From Fistulifera solaris (Eukaryota): DNA of 64,000 bases. A program made the translations under genes and the position numbers. Of this stretch, positions 25,507-38,762 are shown one piece after another. The notes under the pieces are model-generated. The model was not told the origin of the DNA. It worked only from the letters and a program-made list of their open reading frames with translations, and did not search any database. Each line of letters starts with the position of its first letter. Positions within the stretch are counted from its first letter, which is position 1. The stretch spans positions 62,001 through 126,000 of the forward strand of contig AP026123.1 in the NCBI GenBank assembly GCA_030295235.1, in the 5' to 3' direction.

Positions 25507-25868
25507 CCAGAAATTGAGGGGAGTGTGGTATTTTCACTTGTCCAGAAAATGTGGGAGTGTGGTTTTTGACGTGTCCAGAAAATGTGGGGGCGTGATTTTT
25601 TGACGTGTCCAGAAAATGTGGGAACGTCATTTCTCACTTGTCCAGAAAATGTGGGGGTGTGGTTTTTGACGCTTCCAGAAAATGTGGGAACGTGGTTTTT
25701 GACGTCTCCAGAAAATGTGGGAACGTCATTTCTCACTTCTCCAGAAAATGTGGGGGTGTGATTTTTTACGTTTCCAGAAAATGTGGGAACGTCGTTTCTC
25801 ACATGTCCAGAAAATGTGGGAACGTCGTTTCTTCACGTATCCAGAAAATGTGGGCGTGTGGTATTTCA
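25507..25868. repeat. 33-bp minisatellite, 11 units, conserved CCAGAAAATGTGGG core
   Basis: Cores at 25507 (degenerate), 25542, 25575, 25609, 25642, 25675, 25708, 25741, 25774, 25807, 25841. Confidence 0.95.
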
Positions 25869-26659
25869 GTAAAAAATAGACTAATAAAAGTGTACCGCCC
25901 CCATCACATTCACATCGCAGCAAGCGCCGCTCCTATTTTTTCATAAGCTTGCCGATAAATAGAAACGGGAAAGATTTCTATTTTCTACACTATAACCATG
26001 GCATCAATTGCTGAGATGCGAGGGGCGAAGTCACAGCAAAAGTTTCCTTGGGCAGCTCGATGCGTTGTGCTGCAATCTTTCGGCAAAACTCTTCATCCTT
26101 TTTCTTGTCATCATAACTCGTTTTTTAAAAAGGAACTATCCGGGGTTTCACATCTCCGGCTAACGAAGATGACATCGGAATGGAAGTTAATGTCATAATA
26201 CCTCCCATCCGATCATTTCACGTATCTTCTGAGACGAATCACCCGACCACACTTTGACTGTTTCGCTGCTGTCTTACCCAGAGGAGCGCAAAACGATAAT
26301 CCTTGTTCTACTACAGATAAGGAGGTTCAAAGCAATAAGGATAAGGACGAGAAGGCAATACTACTCATTTCGAGCAGGTTGTTTATAGGAGCAGCGCGAT
26401 GACTCGTCACAAGCTTCACGCTCCACCATTATCGTGTCTTCTTTGGCAACAAATGTCAAGTATGTGCTCAGAATCAATGATCATTACGAAAAACTTGCGG
26501 AACTGTTTTGACGAGAAACCAGTTTTGGAAACGTCTAGCCGATTCTTTGTTTTTTTTGTACAGTCCCCTATTCTCGCCTGCAGTTTAATGTGAGAAGAAT
26601 TTCGAGCGATGTCAGATTAAACATGTTTTTCATGTTATTCAGACACTAATTTATTTTCA

Positions 26660-29600
26660 CTACAAGAACTGCATATCCCATGTTTCGCATTTCTGGCCGC
26701 GTCCTAAACGATCCTTCAAACTGATTTCCATCTTTTTAAATTCAGCGCTAGGTGCTTCATTGAAGTGCCTTGAGGCTCCTTCAGCAACTGCTGATAACTG
26801 CTGCGACTCCAAGTCCTTCTGTGGGGCTTGTTCTGGAGCAATCACTCCGCCGCCCCATTGGTCGATCTCCTGTTGTAGCAGCTTAAGTTTCTGCTTCGCC
26901 CGAATGCGTTCTAAAGCGGAGTCCTTTGCAGTGCCTTGCTCATTGACCCAGAAACAATTCATTTCGCCCTTGCCTTTGATCGACACCATTCCACGGGGTT
27001 TCAACGGAATTTCGGGAGCCTGTTCCTTCAAATACTTTGCTGCTTCTTCGCTGCAGTTAATTCGATTCATAGCCGAATTGCTTTCCATTCGACTGGCGGT
27101 GTTGACGGTGTCACCGAACAAACAATAACGTGGGTTCCTGTTCCCCACAACATCGGCCACGACTGGGCCCGAGTGAAAACCGACACGAATGTTCACGTGC
27201 CCTTTCGTCGGGTCATCCTCATCAATCAGTGTCTCGTTCGCGACAGCAACGGCACGAATCGCAAAATGAGCAATTCGCTTGGCGTGGTCGTATGTTTGCT
27301 TCGAAACGAGATTTGTTACGGCCATGTACGCGTCCCCGATGGTCTCCACCTTGAAGATTTCCAACTCCTGGGAAAGGGTATCAAATTTGTGATACAATCG
27401 ATCAAGCATGTTTGCTACTTTCGACGGATCCATTCGAGCACTCATGTCTGTGTACCCGACTATATCAGAGAAAAAGATTGTCACGACATCCTTATGTTCA
27501 GGCTCGACCTTGCGACCGTCTCTCAACGCTTCGGCAACATGTCGAGGGAAAATATCGAACAATGACACGTGTGAGTTCTTTGCATTGGATGCTGCTGACG
27601 CCGATAAGGCGGCTTCGGCGTCAATGCGTCTTAGTCGGGTGTCGATCTCTTCAAACGTCGGACGTTTTTCTGGGTCGTCATCCAAACAATCAGCCATAAG
27701 GGCCTTCAACGCAGCTGGCATGTGGCTAGGGGCAGGTGGCCGCTTTCGAATCAACGGGTCGGCTACAGCCCGCAAGACATCTCTTGCTGGTTGGCCTTCG
27801 TATGGGTCTCTTCGTGCATAGACTTCGTACAACATGATACCAAAGGAGTACACGTCTGTCTTGTCAGTGTTCTTCGACTCTCTTCGCAATAATTCCGGCG
27901 CCATCCAAAACGGGGTCCCCGTTCCGCCCATGTTCTTTTCCTGACTGAGACCGAAATCGGCAACTTTCGCACGGAAGCGAGTATCGACCAGGATGTTTGC
28001 CGTTTTGAGGTCGCCGTGAATGACTTTTGGTTCAGCGGAGTGCAAGAAGCGGATACCTTGCGAAATGTCGCACAATATCTGCAGTAGAACGTCTCCTTCC
28101 AGAACCATAGTTTCATTGTGAAGTAAGTCGTAAAGGGATCCATGGTCCATGAATTCCATGACGAGCATGGGTTCTTCATCCTTTTCCATTACAGCGCCCA
28201 TCACGGTTGTGATACAGGGATGTCGAAGGCGACTCAAATATCGCATCTCCTCCACAAAGTCTTCTCGCATTTTGCGGTAATTCTGGTGCTCCGATGAAAC
28301 ACTGTTCTTGTGAGATTTTGTCAAGTCCGACAACACCCCCATGTTACTCCAGGAAGTTTTACCGGATTGCCTTCCGTTGTTTGAGTGTGTTCCGGAAACA
28401 GTGGCGCGACCAGGACCAGAGCTTGTACCGGAGTGGTCTTCGGTTGCATCGCCTTGTGTGGTACTAGGATCAATACCAGCTAATGCTTCAGATTCTGGAT
28501 CAAACAAACTCCTGCGGACATTACTTCCGATTTTTCCTGGCGATGTTTCCGACTTTTTCATCTTTTTCTTCGGTGGAATGGCGCGCTTGACGGCGACTTT
28601 CGTACCGCGATATTCTGCCGATAGTACCAAACCGTACTGTCCGCGACCTAGAATCTCTGGTGGATCGGCAAAATGTAACTCATGCTTTTGCACCCTCCAA
28701 ACAGAGTCGTTCGACTTCCGCTTGTGTTCACGAATGAGACACCACACCAGACTTGTCGCCAGTAGTAAGAATGCTGTGACGCCGCAAGCAACGCCAATCA
28801 GCATACCTGTATTCCCGTCAGGAGGAGGAGCTAAATCCGCAGGCAAATTCGCTGTGCCATCATTAAAAATGTATTCGCCCCGGGCTTCCCACTCAGAGTC
28901 AATGAAAACATGCGTGAGGAGAGTATCGAACTTCTGGTTGCCATCGGGTGAGCTTGGATCGACAGGAACAGGGTTATAATTCACCACGCGATAGAGTGCA
29001 GTTTCCGGTAGACGTGTGCCAGTAAGAGGATCAAGCGCAACCCGACCACTGATTCCATCGAATTCATTTGCCCTATATTCTTCGTAGTGGAGAGTGCCGT
29101 TCAAAAACAAAGTAACGTTTTCAGAATTGATTACAGCTGCGCACGCACCTCAATCCCAATGCGATTGCGGCTTCGTACGCGAACGGTGAAAACCCGCTCG
29201 TAACAACCTGGTTCAAGAAAGTCGGATCATCTGGCTGGACAAACTCAGGCGGAGGCAAGTCGGGACGAGGCCAAAGACCACGCATGTAGTCCATATCAAT
29301 TGCATTACGCATTTGACTCAACTGTTCTACATAAGCATCGTATTTTTCCATTCCAGTGACTCCTCCTGATATTTCGAGGAGACCGACGCCACTTTATGTT
29401 TACGGTAGGAAAAATGTTAGACTTCAATGTGGTACCAAACGCAGACTTGACACTTGAAGACTCACCGGTATGCCTTGTAAAGGGGCGAATCTTTCTCAAA
29501 TGTGCGATCGACCAAGACGCCCAAGAAAGAGTCCCCGAAAATCCAATTGTGCAAACCATTCCCCGCGACGCCTTGATTGTAAGCTTCAAGTAGAAGTTCG

Positions 29601-30400
29601 TCGTGTGTTTCTTTGGTGAAAACGACACTAAACACAAATCGAAATCCAATTTGTTTCACACTCCTCACTGCTGCTTTTATACTCTCTGTAGTAGCATCGA
29701 CAGGAATTTGCTGAATAATCAAGTCAGGTACATACTTTGCTGCCGCTTGCCGCATGCCTTCGACGTAGGCATTGCCGTAGGCGTCGTTAACGTTAATGAC
29801 AGCCAAGTGTTGGATCTGGAGTGCATTTCGCAGAAATAATACCAAAGGTACTGCGTTACCTGCATCTGAAGGCACTGTTCTTCCGAAGAGAGGATACTGA
29901 CTACGGTCATCTAGATCCGCCGATGTTGATTTAGAACTGATTTGGGGATAGCCTAATAGCCCTGTAACGATAGCCATAGGCATGCTGACAGCACTACGAT
30001 ACGCGCCGATGAATGCGCAGGCTTTCTTTGTTTCATCTACGACGTGCTTTAGAGCAATCCCAGGTGTATATTCGGTATCTGCTGTCCTCATAGTAAAGCG
30101 GAGGGGACATGTTTCGTTCAGGTCAGCAACTTGAGGAACGATGCTTCCATCTCCTGTATTCAAATGGTGAATCGCGAGAGCGATAGAGAAAGCGTCTTCA
30201 TAAGTCGCTCGATGCGGCAGATCAGTTCCCGTTGTAAATGGTTTAATGACACTGAAAGGGCAGATAGCGAAAGGTTCTCCTTCCTCGGAAACAAAACGGT
30301 CGGCGTTGTTATTTTCAGGGCGATCGCGCGTCGCATTCGTTTTGTAGAACGAATCGTAGTAACGAAGCGACCACAGCGTTCCGCCGTCAGGTCCAGGCAT
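26660..30400 (-). CDS. Receptor-type guanylate cyclase, copy 1 (ANF-receptor ectodomain, TM, kinase, cyclase)
   Basis: [11 protein letters not shown] / PLFGRTVPSD ectodomain; [72 protein letters not shown]; intron 29392-29465; extra G near 29148. Confidence 0.93.
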
Positions 30401-32588
30401 TCTTATCAACAAATGTTCCAATTAATTGTGCGCTTTACTTTGTAGAAGAAGAGAGAATCAACACCAAGCTTCTTGGTTTGATACGATGAATGACCCCTTA
30501 GGAAAAACGAAAAGCGATGGGCGCAGAAGAAAAGTCTTCAACAAAAAAAGGCCCGCATCTGTGACGCCTTTCGCCTTTTTCGCCTCTTTTCTCCGCCCCT
30601 CCTGCACCACACACGCACCATCCTGCACTTAAGGTCGTACCAGGTAGGTCTTTTTGTCTTTATGCACCATACAATAATGTACCAGAGAAAGAAACAGATT
30701 TCGGAAATAGTGCGGGTCATGGGAAATTCCTGATTCAAATGTGTACCGCGGTAAAATTAGGGGCAATTATGCCTTAATGCTACGTAGCCCGTAGCCTAAT
30801 ATAGAGGGCTTTATTATTCTTTTCCGGTTTCCTTTTCCGTTCGTTCTCATTCGTGTGTCGCCTTTTGTGTGGCGCTTGGAGCGTCACAAAAGACAAAAGA
30901 CACAGCACCAATTCGATTGAAGGACAATAAAAGTGAATCAAGAAGACGAGAAACAAGGAAGAGGAAAGTGACGGAAAAACGAGGTCGAAAACGAACACGC
31001 GAGACGCAAGAGATGTCATTGCTTTTTGCGCCTTGAGAAGTGTATAGAGAGTAGAGAGAGAGAGGAAAGCTCTTCGCCTCTCAGCGCAGTGAACACGACA
31101 CGCTCTGAGATTTATCTTTCATCGAGAAAGCTCGTCGCTCGTCACTCGTCGCTCTTCATTAGTTGTATTGGCACTATTGTTGAGATGTCGTTCTTCTGAG
31201 GAACTGTAGAGAGTAGAGAGACAGGTCAACAGTCAACTCCGACAAAGCATGATTCCGAGAGTCAAATGTCTTTCGTCCATTGATGAGTGTAGACGATTTT
31301 AAAGTCCAGATAAAATTTCTCATTTTTTCGTCAATGATCATTACCAGGGTCGAGAACAGTCCACTAACGCCATACTCAAAGGATCCGAAAATACCGGTAT
31401 CTTTCTCGCGGTGTAGTATTTTCGCCTCATAATATCTTTGGACCGTACGAATTTATGTCGGATCTGGCATTCATAGCAAAAAAGAAAAAAGTGTGGCAAA
31501 GTGAGTTGGACGTTGGACTAGACCTTAGTCTATAGAGGAGGGAGTGTCGTCAAGGAAAGTCGTCATCGAGTTTTTTTCTATAGAAAATTTTTATTGAGCC
31601 TCGTGACTCATGACCATAATCCAGTCACGGATAAAATTGAGAAAAGGCGCACACACAGTTTGACCGCATTACCAGGGTATAAAACAATGATGCTGTTGCT
31701 TTTATGACCGGCTTTCATTAATTCAAAATCAAGTAATTGATATCTATTTAGAAGCATGCGAGGAAAGCGTTATCGTGAAGTTTCTAGTTGGAAGTCTATT
31801 CGCTGGATCGTTGTCTAAAGCAAAGCAACTACTCACTCTCATTCAAATTACAACACAAACACATTCGCCGTCTTTCGGTGGCGATTGAGGTTGCAATGTA
31901 CAACGAATAGCTCTGTTTGTGCAGCAGCAAAGGCCTTCTCAAGCGAATTTAACAATACCTGAGGCGCCTCGTCAGGTCTCGATACCTGTGGAGCACGAGA
32001 AAAAGTAAATGATTGATTTCCCATCGTCCGAGCTCCATGATCTTCCCGTCGAAGATACAGTTTGTGTTCTAAAGCGTAGCTGACGTTGAATGCCGCTTGT
32101 TACAAACAAATCGAAGCTTGCCCTATAATTTGGGCTCGCCCTGTCTATTGATGTGGTTTTCTGCGTCCAACACAAGAAAGATTGGACTGAAGCTTACAAA
32201 CCCCGAGACAATGCTTTTTTACAATGTAGCGCTCGATCGAAACGATTGCGCAATAAGAAAGTGATCCGTTTTTGATGAACACTCTTGATTCAAGGAATTT
32301 GGTCTTATTGAATGCGTTGCAAAATGGTTCAGATGAGTCGATTGAAATACAAAGCACCGTTTTGTGCTTATTCACTCGTTATCTTCTGATAGTGCACATT
32401 TTGCAGCAATCCTACGTATGTGAAATGGTTGCACATCATTGCAACTTCCGGCAGCAGAAGTGCGGTAACTAAGATCAATTTACCACCTGGCGGGAAACAT
32501 GATGATGCAAAAGAGAGCTTATACCGTTTTAAACAAAGCGATGCGGTCTTGCTTTCTTATTTGGAAAAATTCTGGACTTCACTACACA

Positions 32589-35500
32589 TTACAAGAATTG
32601 CATATTTCCCGCTTCGTATTTTTGTGCGCGGTTCAAGCGATCTTTGAGACTGATTTCCATCTTACTGAATTCAGCGCTCGGTGTTTCCACTACTTGTAAA
32701 CGCTGCTGCGACTCCACGTCTCTCTGCGGGGCTTGTTCCGGGGCGTCATTTCCGTCTCCCCACTGATCAATTTGCTGCTGGAGCAGCTTAAGTTTCTGCT
32801 TCGCTCGAATGCGTTCTAACGCTGCGTCTTTCACCGTGCCCTTTTCGTTGACCCAGAAGCAATTCATTTCGCCTTTTCCTTTGATCGACACCATTCCACG
32901 AGGTTTCAACGGAATTTCGGCAGCCTGTTCCTTCAAATACTTTGCTGCTTCCTCGCTGCAGTTGATGCGATTCATAGCCGAGTTGCTTTCCATTCGACTG
33001 GCGGTGTTGACGGTGTCACCGAACAAACAATAACGTGGGTTCCTGTTCCCCACAACATCGGCCACTACCGGGCCCGAGTGAAAACCGACGCGAATATTCA
33101 CGTGCCCTTTGCGGGATCTTCCTCATCGACTAGGGTCTCGTTTGCGACAGCGACGGCACGAATCGCAAACTCAGCAATCCGCTTGGCGTGGTCGTGCGTT
33201 TGCTTTGAAACGAGATTTGTTACGGCCATGTACGCGTCCCCGATGGTCTCCACCTTGAAGATTTCCAACTCCTGGGAAAGGGTATCAAATTTGTGATACA
33301 AACGATCAAGCATGTTTGCTACTTTCGACGGATCCATTCGAGCACTCATGTCTGTGTACCCGACTATATCAGAGAAAAAGATTGTCACGACATCCTTATG
33401 TTCAGGCTCGACCTTGCGACCGTCTCTCAACGCTTCGGCAACATGTCGAGGGAAAATATCGAACAATGACACGTGTGAGTTCTTGGCATTGGATGCAGCT
33501 GACGCTGATGCGGCGGCTTCGGCATCAATGCGGCGCAAACGCGTGTCGATCTCTTCGAAGGTTGGACGTTTTTCCGGATCGTCATCCAAGCAATCAGCCA
33601 TGAGGGCCTTCAACGCAGCTGGCATGTGGCTAGGGGCAAGTGGCCGCTTTCGAATCAACGGGTCGGCTACAGCCCGCAAGACATCTCTTGCTGGTTGGCC
33701 TTCGTATGGGTCTCTTCGTGCATAGACTTCGTACAACATGATACCAAAGGAGTACACGTCTGTCTTGTCAGTGTTCTTTGATTCTCCTCTCAGTAATTCT
33801 GGCGCCATCCAAAATGGGGTTCCCGTGCCGCCCATATTCTTTTTCTGACTAAGACCGAAATCAGCAACCTTGGCTCGGAAACGAGTATCCACCAGGATGT
33901 TTGCCGTTTTGAGGTCGCCGTGAATTACTTTTGGCTGAGCGGAGTGCAAAAACGGACACCCTGCGAGATGTTACACAAAATCTGCAATAGAACGTCTCCT
34001 TCCAACACCATGGTTTCGTTGTGAAGTAAGTCGTAAAGGGAACCGTGGTCCATGAATTCCATAACGAGCATGGGGTCTTCGTCCTTTTCCATTACAGCGC
34101 CCATGACGGTTGTAATACAGGGATGTCGAAGGCGACTCAAGTACCGCATCTCCTCTACGAAGTCTTCTCGCATTTTGCGATAATTCTGGTAGTCCGATGC
34201 CACGCTGTTTTGACGAGATCTTGTCTTGCCCGACATGAGTCCCATTTTGCTCCATGAAATAGTGCCAGATCGACTTCCTATACTTGAGTATGTCCCAGAA
34301 ACACTACCGAGACCAGGACCTGAACTTGTATTGGAACGATCTTCGGTTGCATCTGCGTGAGTAGCACTCGGGTCAACCATGGCAGCCAATGCTTCGGAAT
34401 CCATATCGAACAAGCTCTTACGAACTGTACTTCCGACTTTTCCGTACGAGCTTTCCGTCCCATTACTAGATTTCTTGTTCTTCTTCTTCGGTGGAATCGC
34501 GCGCTTGACGGCGACTTTCGTGCCACGATATTCGGCCGAGAGCACCAAACCGTATTGTCCTCTGCCAAGAATCTCCGGTGGATCGGCAAAATGTAGCTCA
34601 TGCTTTTGCACCCTCCAAACAGAGTCGTTCGACTTCCGCTTGTGTTCACGAATGAGACACCACACCAGACTTGCCGCCAGGAGTAGGAATGCTGTGACGC
34701 CGCAAGCAACACCGATCAGCATACCTGTGTCCTCGTCAGGAGGAGGAGCGACATCGACAGGAATATTCGTTGTACCGTCGTTAAAAATGTATTCGCCACG
34801 CACCTGCCATTCGGAGTTGTTGAAAACGTGCGTCAAAACTGTATCAAATTTGTGGTCACCATCCGGAGAATCTGGATCGACAGGGACAGGTATATGATTA
34901 GCGACTCGGTATAGTGCTGTCTCCGGCAAACGTGTTCCAGTTAGCGGGTCAAGTACAACCCGACCACTGATCCCATCGAATTCATTGTTCTTGTACGTTT
35001 CGTAATGGAGAGTACCGTTCAGAAACATGGTAACGTTTTCAGAGTTCTCTACAGCTTGACATGCACTCAATCCCAATGCGATTGCGGCTTCGTACGCGAA
35101 CGCTGAGTAAGTGCTCGTAACGACCTGGTTCAAGAACGTCGGATCATCTGGCTGGACAAACTCAGGCGGAGGCAAATCAGGACGGGGCCAAAAATTACGC
35201 ATATAGTCCATGTCGATCTCGTTGCGCATTCGGCTCAACTGCTCCACGAACGCATCATATTTTGCCATTCCACTGACACCTCCTGATATTTCGAGAAGAC
35301 CGACTCCTCTTTTATAGTGTTAGCGTGAAGCAGACGGTAGATGCATTGAATGCAGTATAGACTTACCGGTACGCCTTGTAAAGAGGCGAATCTTTTTCGA
35401 AGGTACGACCGTCTAAAACACCTAAGAAGGAGTCACCAAAGATCCAGTTGTGCAAGCCATTTCCCGCGACTCCCTGGTTGTAGGCTTCCAACAAGAGTTC

Positions 35501-36301
35501 GTCGTGTGTTTCTGCGGTGAAGACCAAGCAAAACACAAATCGAAACCCGGTCTGTTTCACACTTGCCACTGCAGCTGTGATACTTTCTGAGTTGTCATCG
35601 ACTGGATTTTGCTGAATCAACAAGTCAGGAGTGTATTTTGCGGCTGCTTGCCGCATGCCTTCGACGTAGGCATTGCCATATGCGTCGTTCACATTGATAA
35701 CGGCCAAGTTTTTTATGTCCAACGCATTTCTCAGATACAACACCAACGGTACGGCATTACCTGCATCTGACGGCAAAGTTCTTCCAAATAGAGGGTATTG
35801 ACTACGGTCATCTAAATCCGCCGAGGTCGACGCGGGAGATATTTGGGGATAGCCTAGCAACCCTGTAACAATTGCCATGGGCATGCTGACAGCGCTGCGG
35901 TACGCACCGATGAAAGCACAGGCTTTCCCAGTGTGTTCCACGACATGCTTCAAAGCGACTCCGGGAGTGTAAGCTGTATCTGCCGTCATCATAGTGAAAC
36001 GGATGGGACATTTCTCGTGCAAACCAGCAACTTGAGGGACGATGCTTCCGTCTCCCGTGTTTAAGTGCTGGATAGCTAAAGCAACGGAGAAGGCATCCTC
36101 GTACACTGCTCGATACGGTATATCATTTCCAGTCGTAAACGGTTCGATAACGCTGAGAGGACAAACAGCGAAAGGTTTTCCTTCCTGAGAAACAAAGGTA
36201 TCGACGTTGCTACCGTCGGCCCGATCGAGCGTCGCATTCGACTTATAGAAAGAATCATAGTAACGCAGCGACCACAGTGTTCCTTCGTCAAACTCAGCCA
36301 T
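32589..36301 (-). CDS. Receptor-type guanylate cyclase, copy 2
   Basis: Same architecture and intron position (~35309-35366); frameshifts near 33950 and 33105. Confidence 0.9.
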
Positions 36302-36869
36302 TTGCGACAATTGACGATAAACGAAAAGACTTCTTCAAAAGGAAATGAAAAAAAAATAATGTGTTGTTTTCTTTCTTGTCGCTTGTCGCTTCGCTGTGAG
36401 AAAAGAACAACATCCCGCGAAACATCGATGCATGATTGCACGACACACGACAGATCGACAGATAGATGCAGCGAAAAGCGAAAGGCTAAAATACACTACA
36501 CGTACACAGTCATAGTCATAATTCATCTTACTGGTACACTTTAACATTTATTGTCCACGGTCCAAGCTCCAAGCTACTGTACTTTGTACATTGAATATAC
36601 TCGATGTCATTGGTCATTAATATTATAGCCTACGTCCTACATCTTACATTTTATAACATTACTGTACTTTGTATTTACTAACATTTACCCTAAGATTGAA
36701 AACTTTGATCTTTGATCTTTGATTTTCATCTTTAGGCCCTTGGCACTTCTAAAGAACCTTTGCTGTCCCTACGTACTACGTAGTACATAAGGTTACAACT
36801 CCGGAGTATTACGTATCCAGACTCCAGACACCCAGACACCAGACACCAGACACACAAATCACATAACAC

Positions 36870-38762
36870 TAATCCGGTTAACCCGCACGGCCGAATACGT
36901 CACGATGATGTCACTCAGACATCGAACCGGCACTAAACCTGGACAACCAACCTTCCACGTGTAACATTCTCATGCGTCGCTTGCAATTCAGGATTTCGAC
37001 CTGGCCGGCTCGATTTTACCGTTTACTTTTCAAATCAAGAGAGCCGGCCGGTCGCTTTTCAAGGTTGTCGACCTCGATCATTTTCGTTCACTCGATCGAC
37101 TGCTCACAAAAAAATGAAAAGCATCATTCCACGTTGAAATGATCAGCGTTTCTCGTTCCTATTGTTTCAGTGCGTAAGTTTGTTGAATATATGGTATTAA
37201 CAATCGTTATGATATGAAACTCACTCGTATTCTCGACTGTTGTTATAGATCTTTTAATGGCTCCGATCTCGCTCGGTGGTATCGTTGTTTCTTTTTCACT
37301 CAACCGGGTATCGTTGTTTCTTTTTCTCTCATCCGCCAGTTATGAATTGTTTTCCCAAGTCTACCTGACTCCGGCAATGTATTAGTTGCACAAACTGTTT
37401 GTGTGAATGGTCTTCTTGTTTGCGGTATCTCGCTCGGAGGTGCCGAGCGAGGTGCATGGCTTCTTTTATGCTACGTACTTCATGTCTGGTTTAATCGTTG
37501 GTCATGTATGTGAAGCCATCCGTTATTCGTTTTGTCGATTGGTTAAAGATTCGCGTTTCATTGGCCTTTGATAGTGTTGAACACTGCTCGCTTGGATACA
37601 TGTCTTTCCCGTGCTCACCCACCCAGCAACAACCGAACCTCTTTTTAATCGATGATGAACCCTTAAAGTATAATATCACAGAAGTTAACTTGAATAAAGC
37701 TCTAAACTTATTGATTATACAAGTATGACTGATTTAATAAAATATGAGTTGCGAACAAGGTTGGTCGACAAATTTTTACAAGGCGAACTTAAATCCCCGA
37801 AGTTGACACGGGAGAGTCTCCGTCCAATGCGTGCTATGAATTAAAAGCGATTGACATCCATGCCGATCAACATGCACGTTCGGTACATGGACACACGAGC
37901 GCTCAAAAAGTAAAGTTGCAAACCAAGATTGCTCAAAGATCGCGAAGCTCAGGTGTTGTTCATTTGATAAATGCAACAAGAACGATCGGCATGGGAAGTG
38001 GCGAAGAGAGGAATGGCAACACGGAAACGCACGGAAGATAGCGACAGCGGTAATCACCAAATCCGCTTTATCTTGCGAATCGACTTCATCTTGGGAGCCT
38101 GTCATTGTGTCAACACATACATACGCCACAATATCAGTGCCTCAACGTACTGCTAGTTGTGGTAGACAATTCCACGCATCCCATACAATGATGGAATGCG
38201 CTGTCCGCGACAACAGTAACTGGCCTGAGTATTGCGGCGCGATGGCATGACACTTTGACAGCCTTGAGGACCTTGACAGGACCTTGACGGCTTTCAAATC
38301 CATTGAAGAGAACAAGCAGATGTCGAAACATCTACTAGTAATGGCCTTCATCGATCTTCACGGCGAATAGCAAAAAGGACCACAGCAGCACCTGAAAAAA
38401 AACACCAATAGAAAGTGTTAGATTGGAATCAGCCATTAAAAGGAGTAAAATGATTAATAAATACTTACAATAAATACTTTTCTGATTTGACTAGCATTGT
38501 GAAAGGTTTGTGCGTTGTGATGCTCAGCTGCTTTGCGCTTGAGCTGCGGACCAAAAATTGGTTATTTTCGAACAAAAACGGTTGATTCTCTAAGTAAATT
38601 TATTTACTTAGACGCCAACGGATGTCATTTCTCTTTACTTCGAAAGAATGCCGGCGCGAAAACAATCCTCGAAAACCGGACGACGTAAGGACAAGATCGG
38701 GAGGAAGACAGACAAACCGGTATTGGATCTGACGTATTCGGCCGTGCGGGTTAACCGGATTA
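36870..38762. mobile_element. Non-autonomous TIR DNA transposon (~1.9 kb), superfamily unresolved
   Basis: Perfect 33-bp inverted repeat TAATCCGGTTAACCCGCACGGCCGAATACGTCA at 36870-36902 and 38730-38762; outer TA could be the TSD; no transposase recognised. Confidence 0.85.

Noticed and set aside
25507..25868. CRISPR-like repeat/spacer pattern
   Set aside because: Constant part is only 15 bp, the spacers are variants of one another, there are no cas genes and the context is eukaryotic
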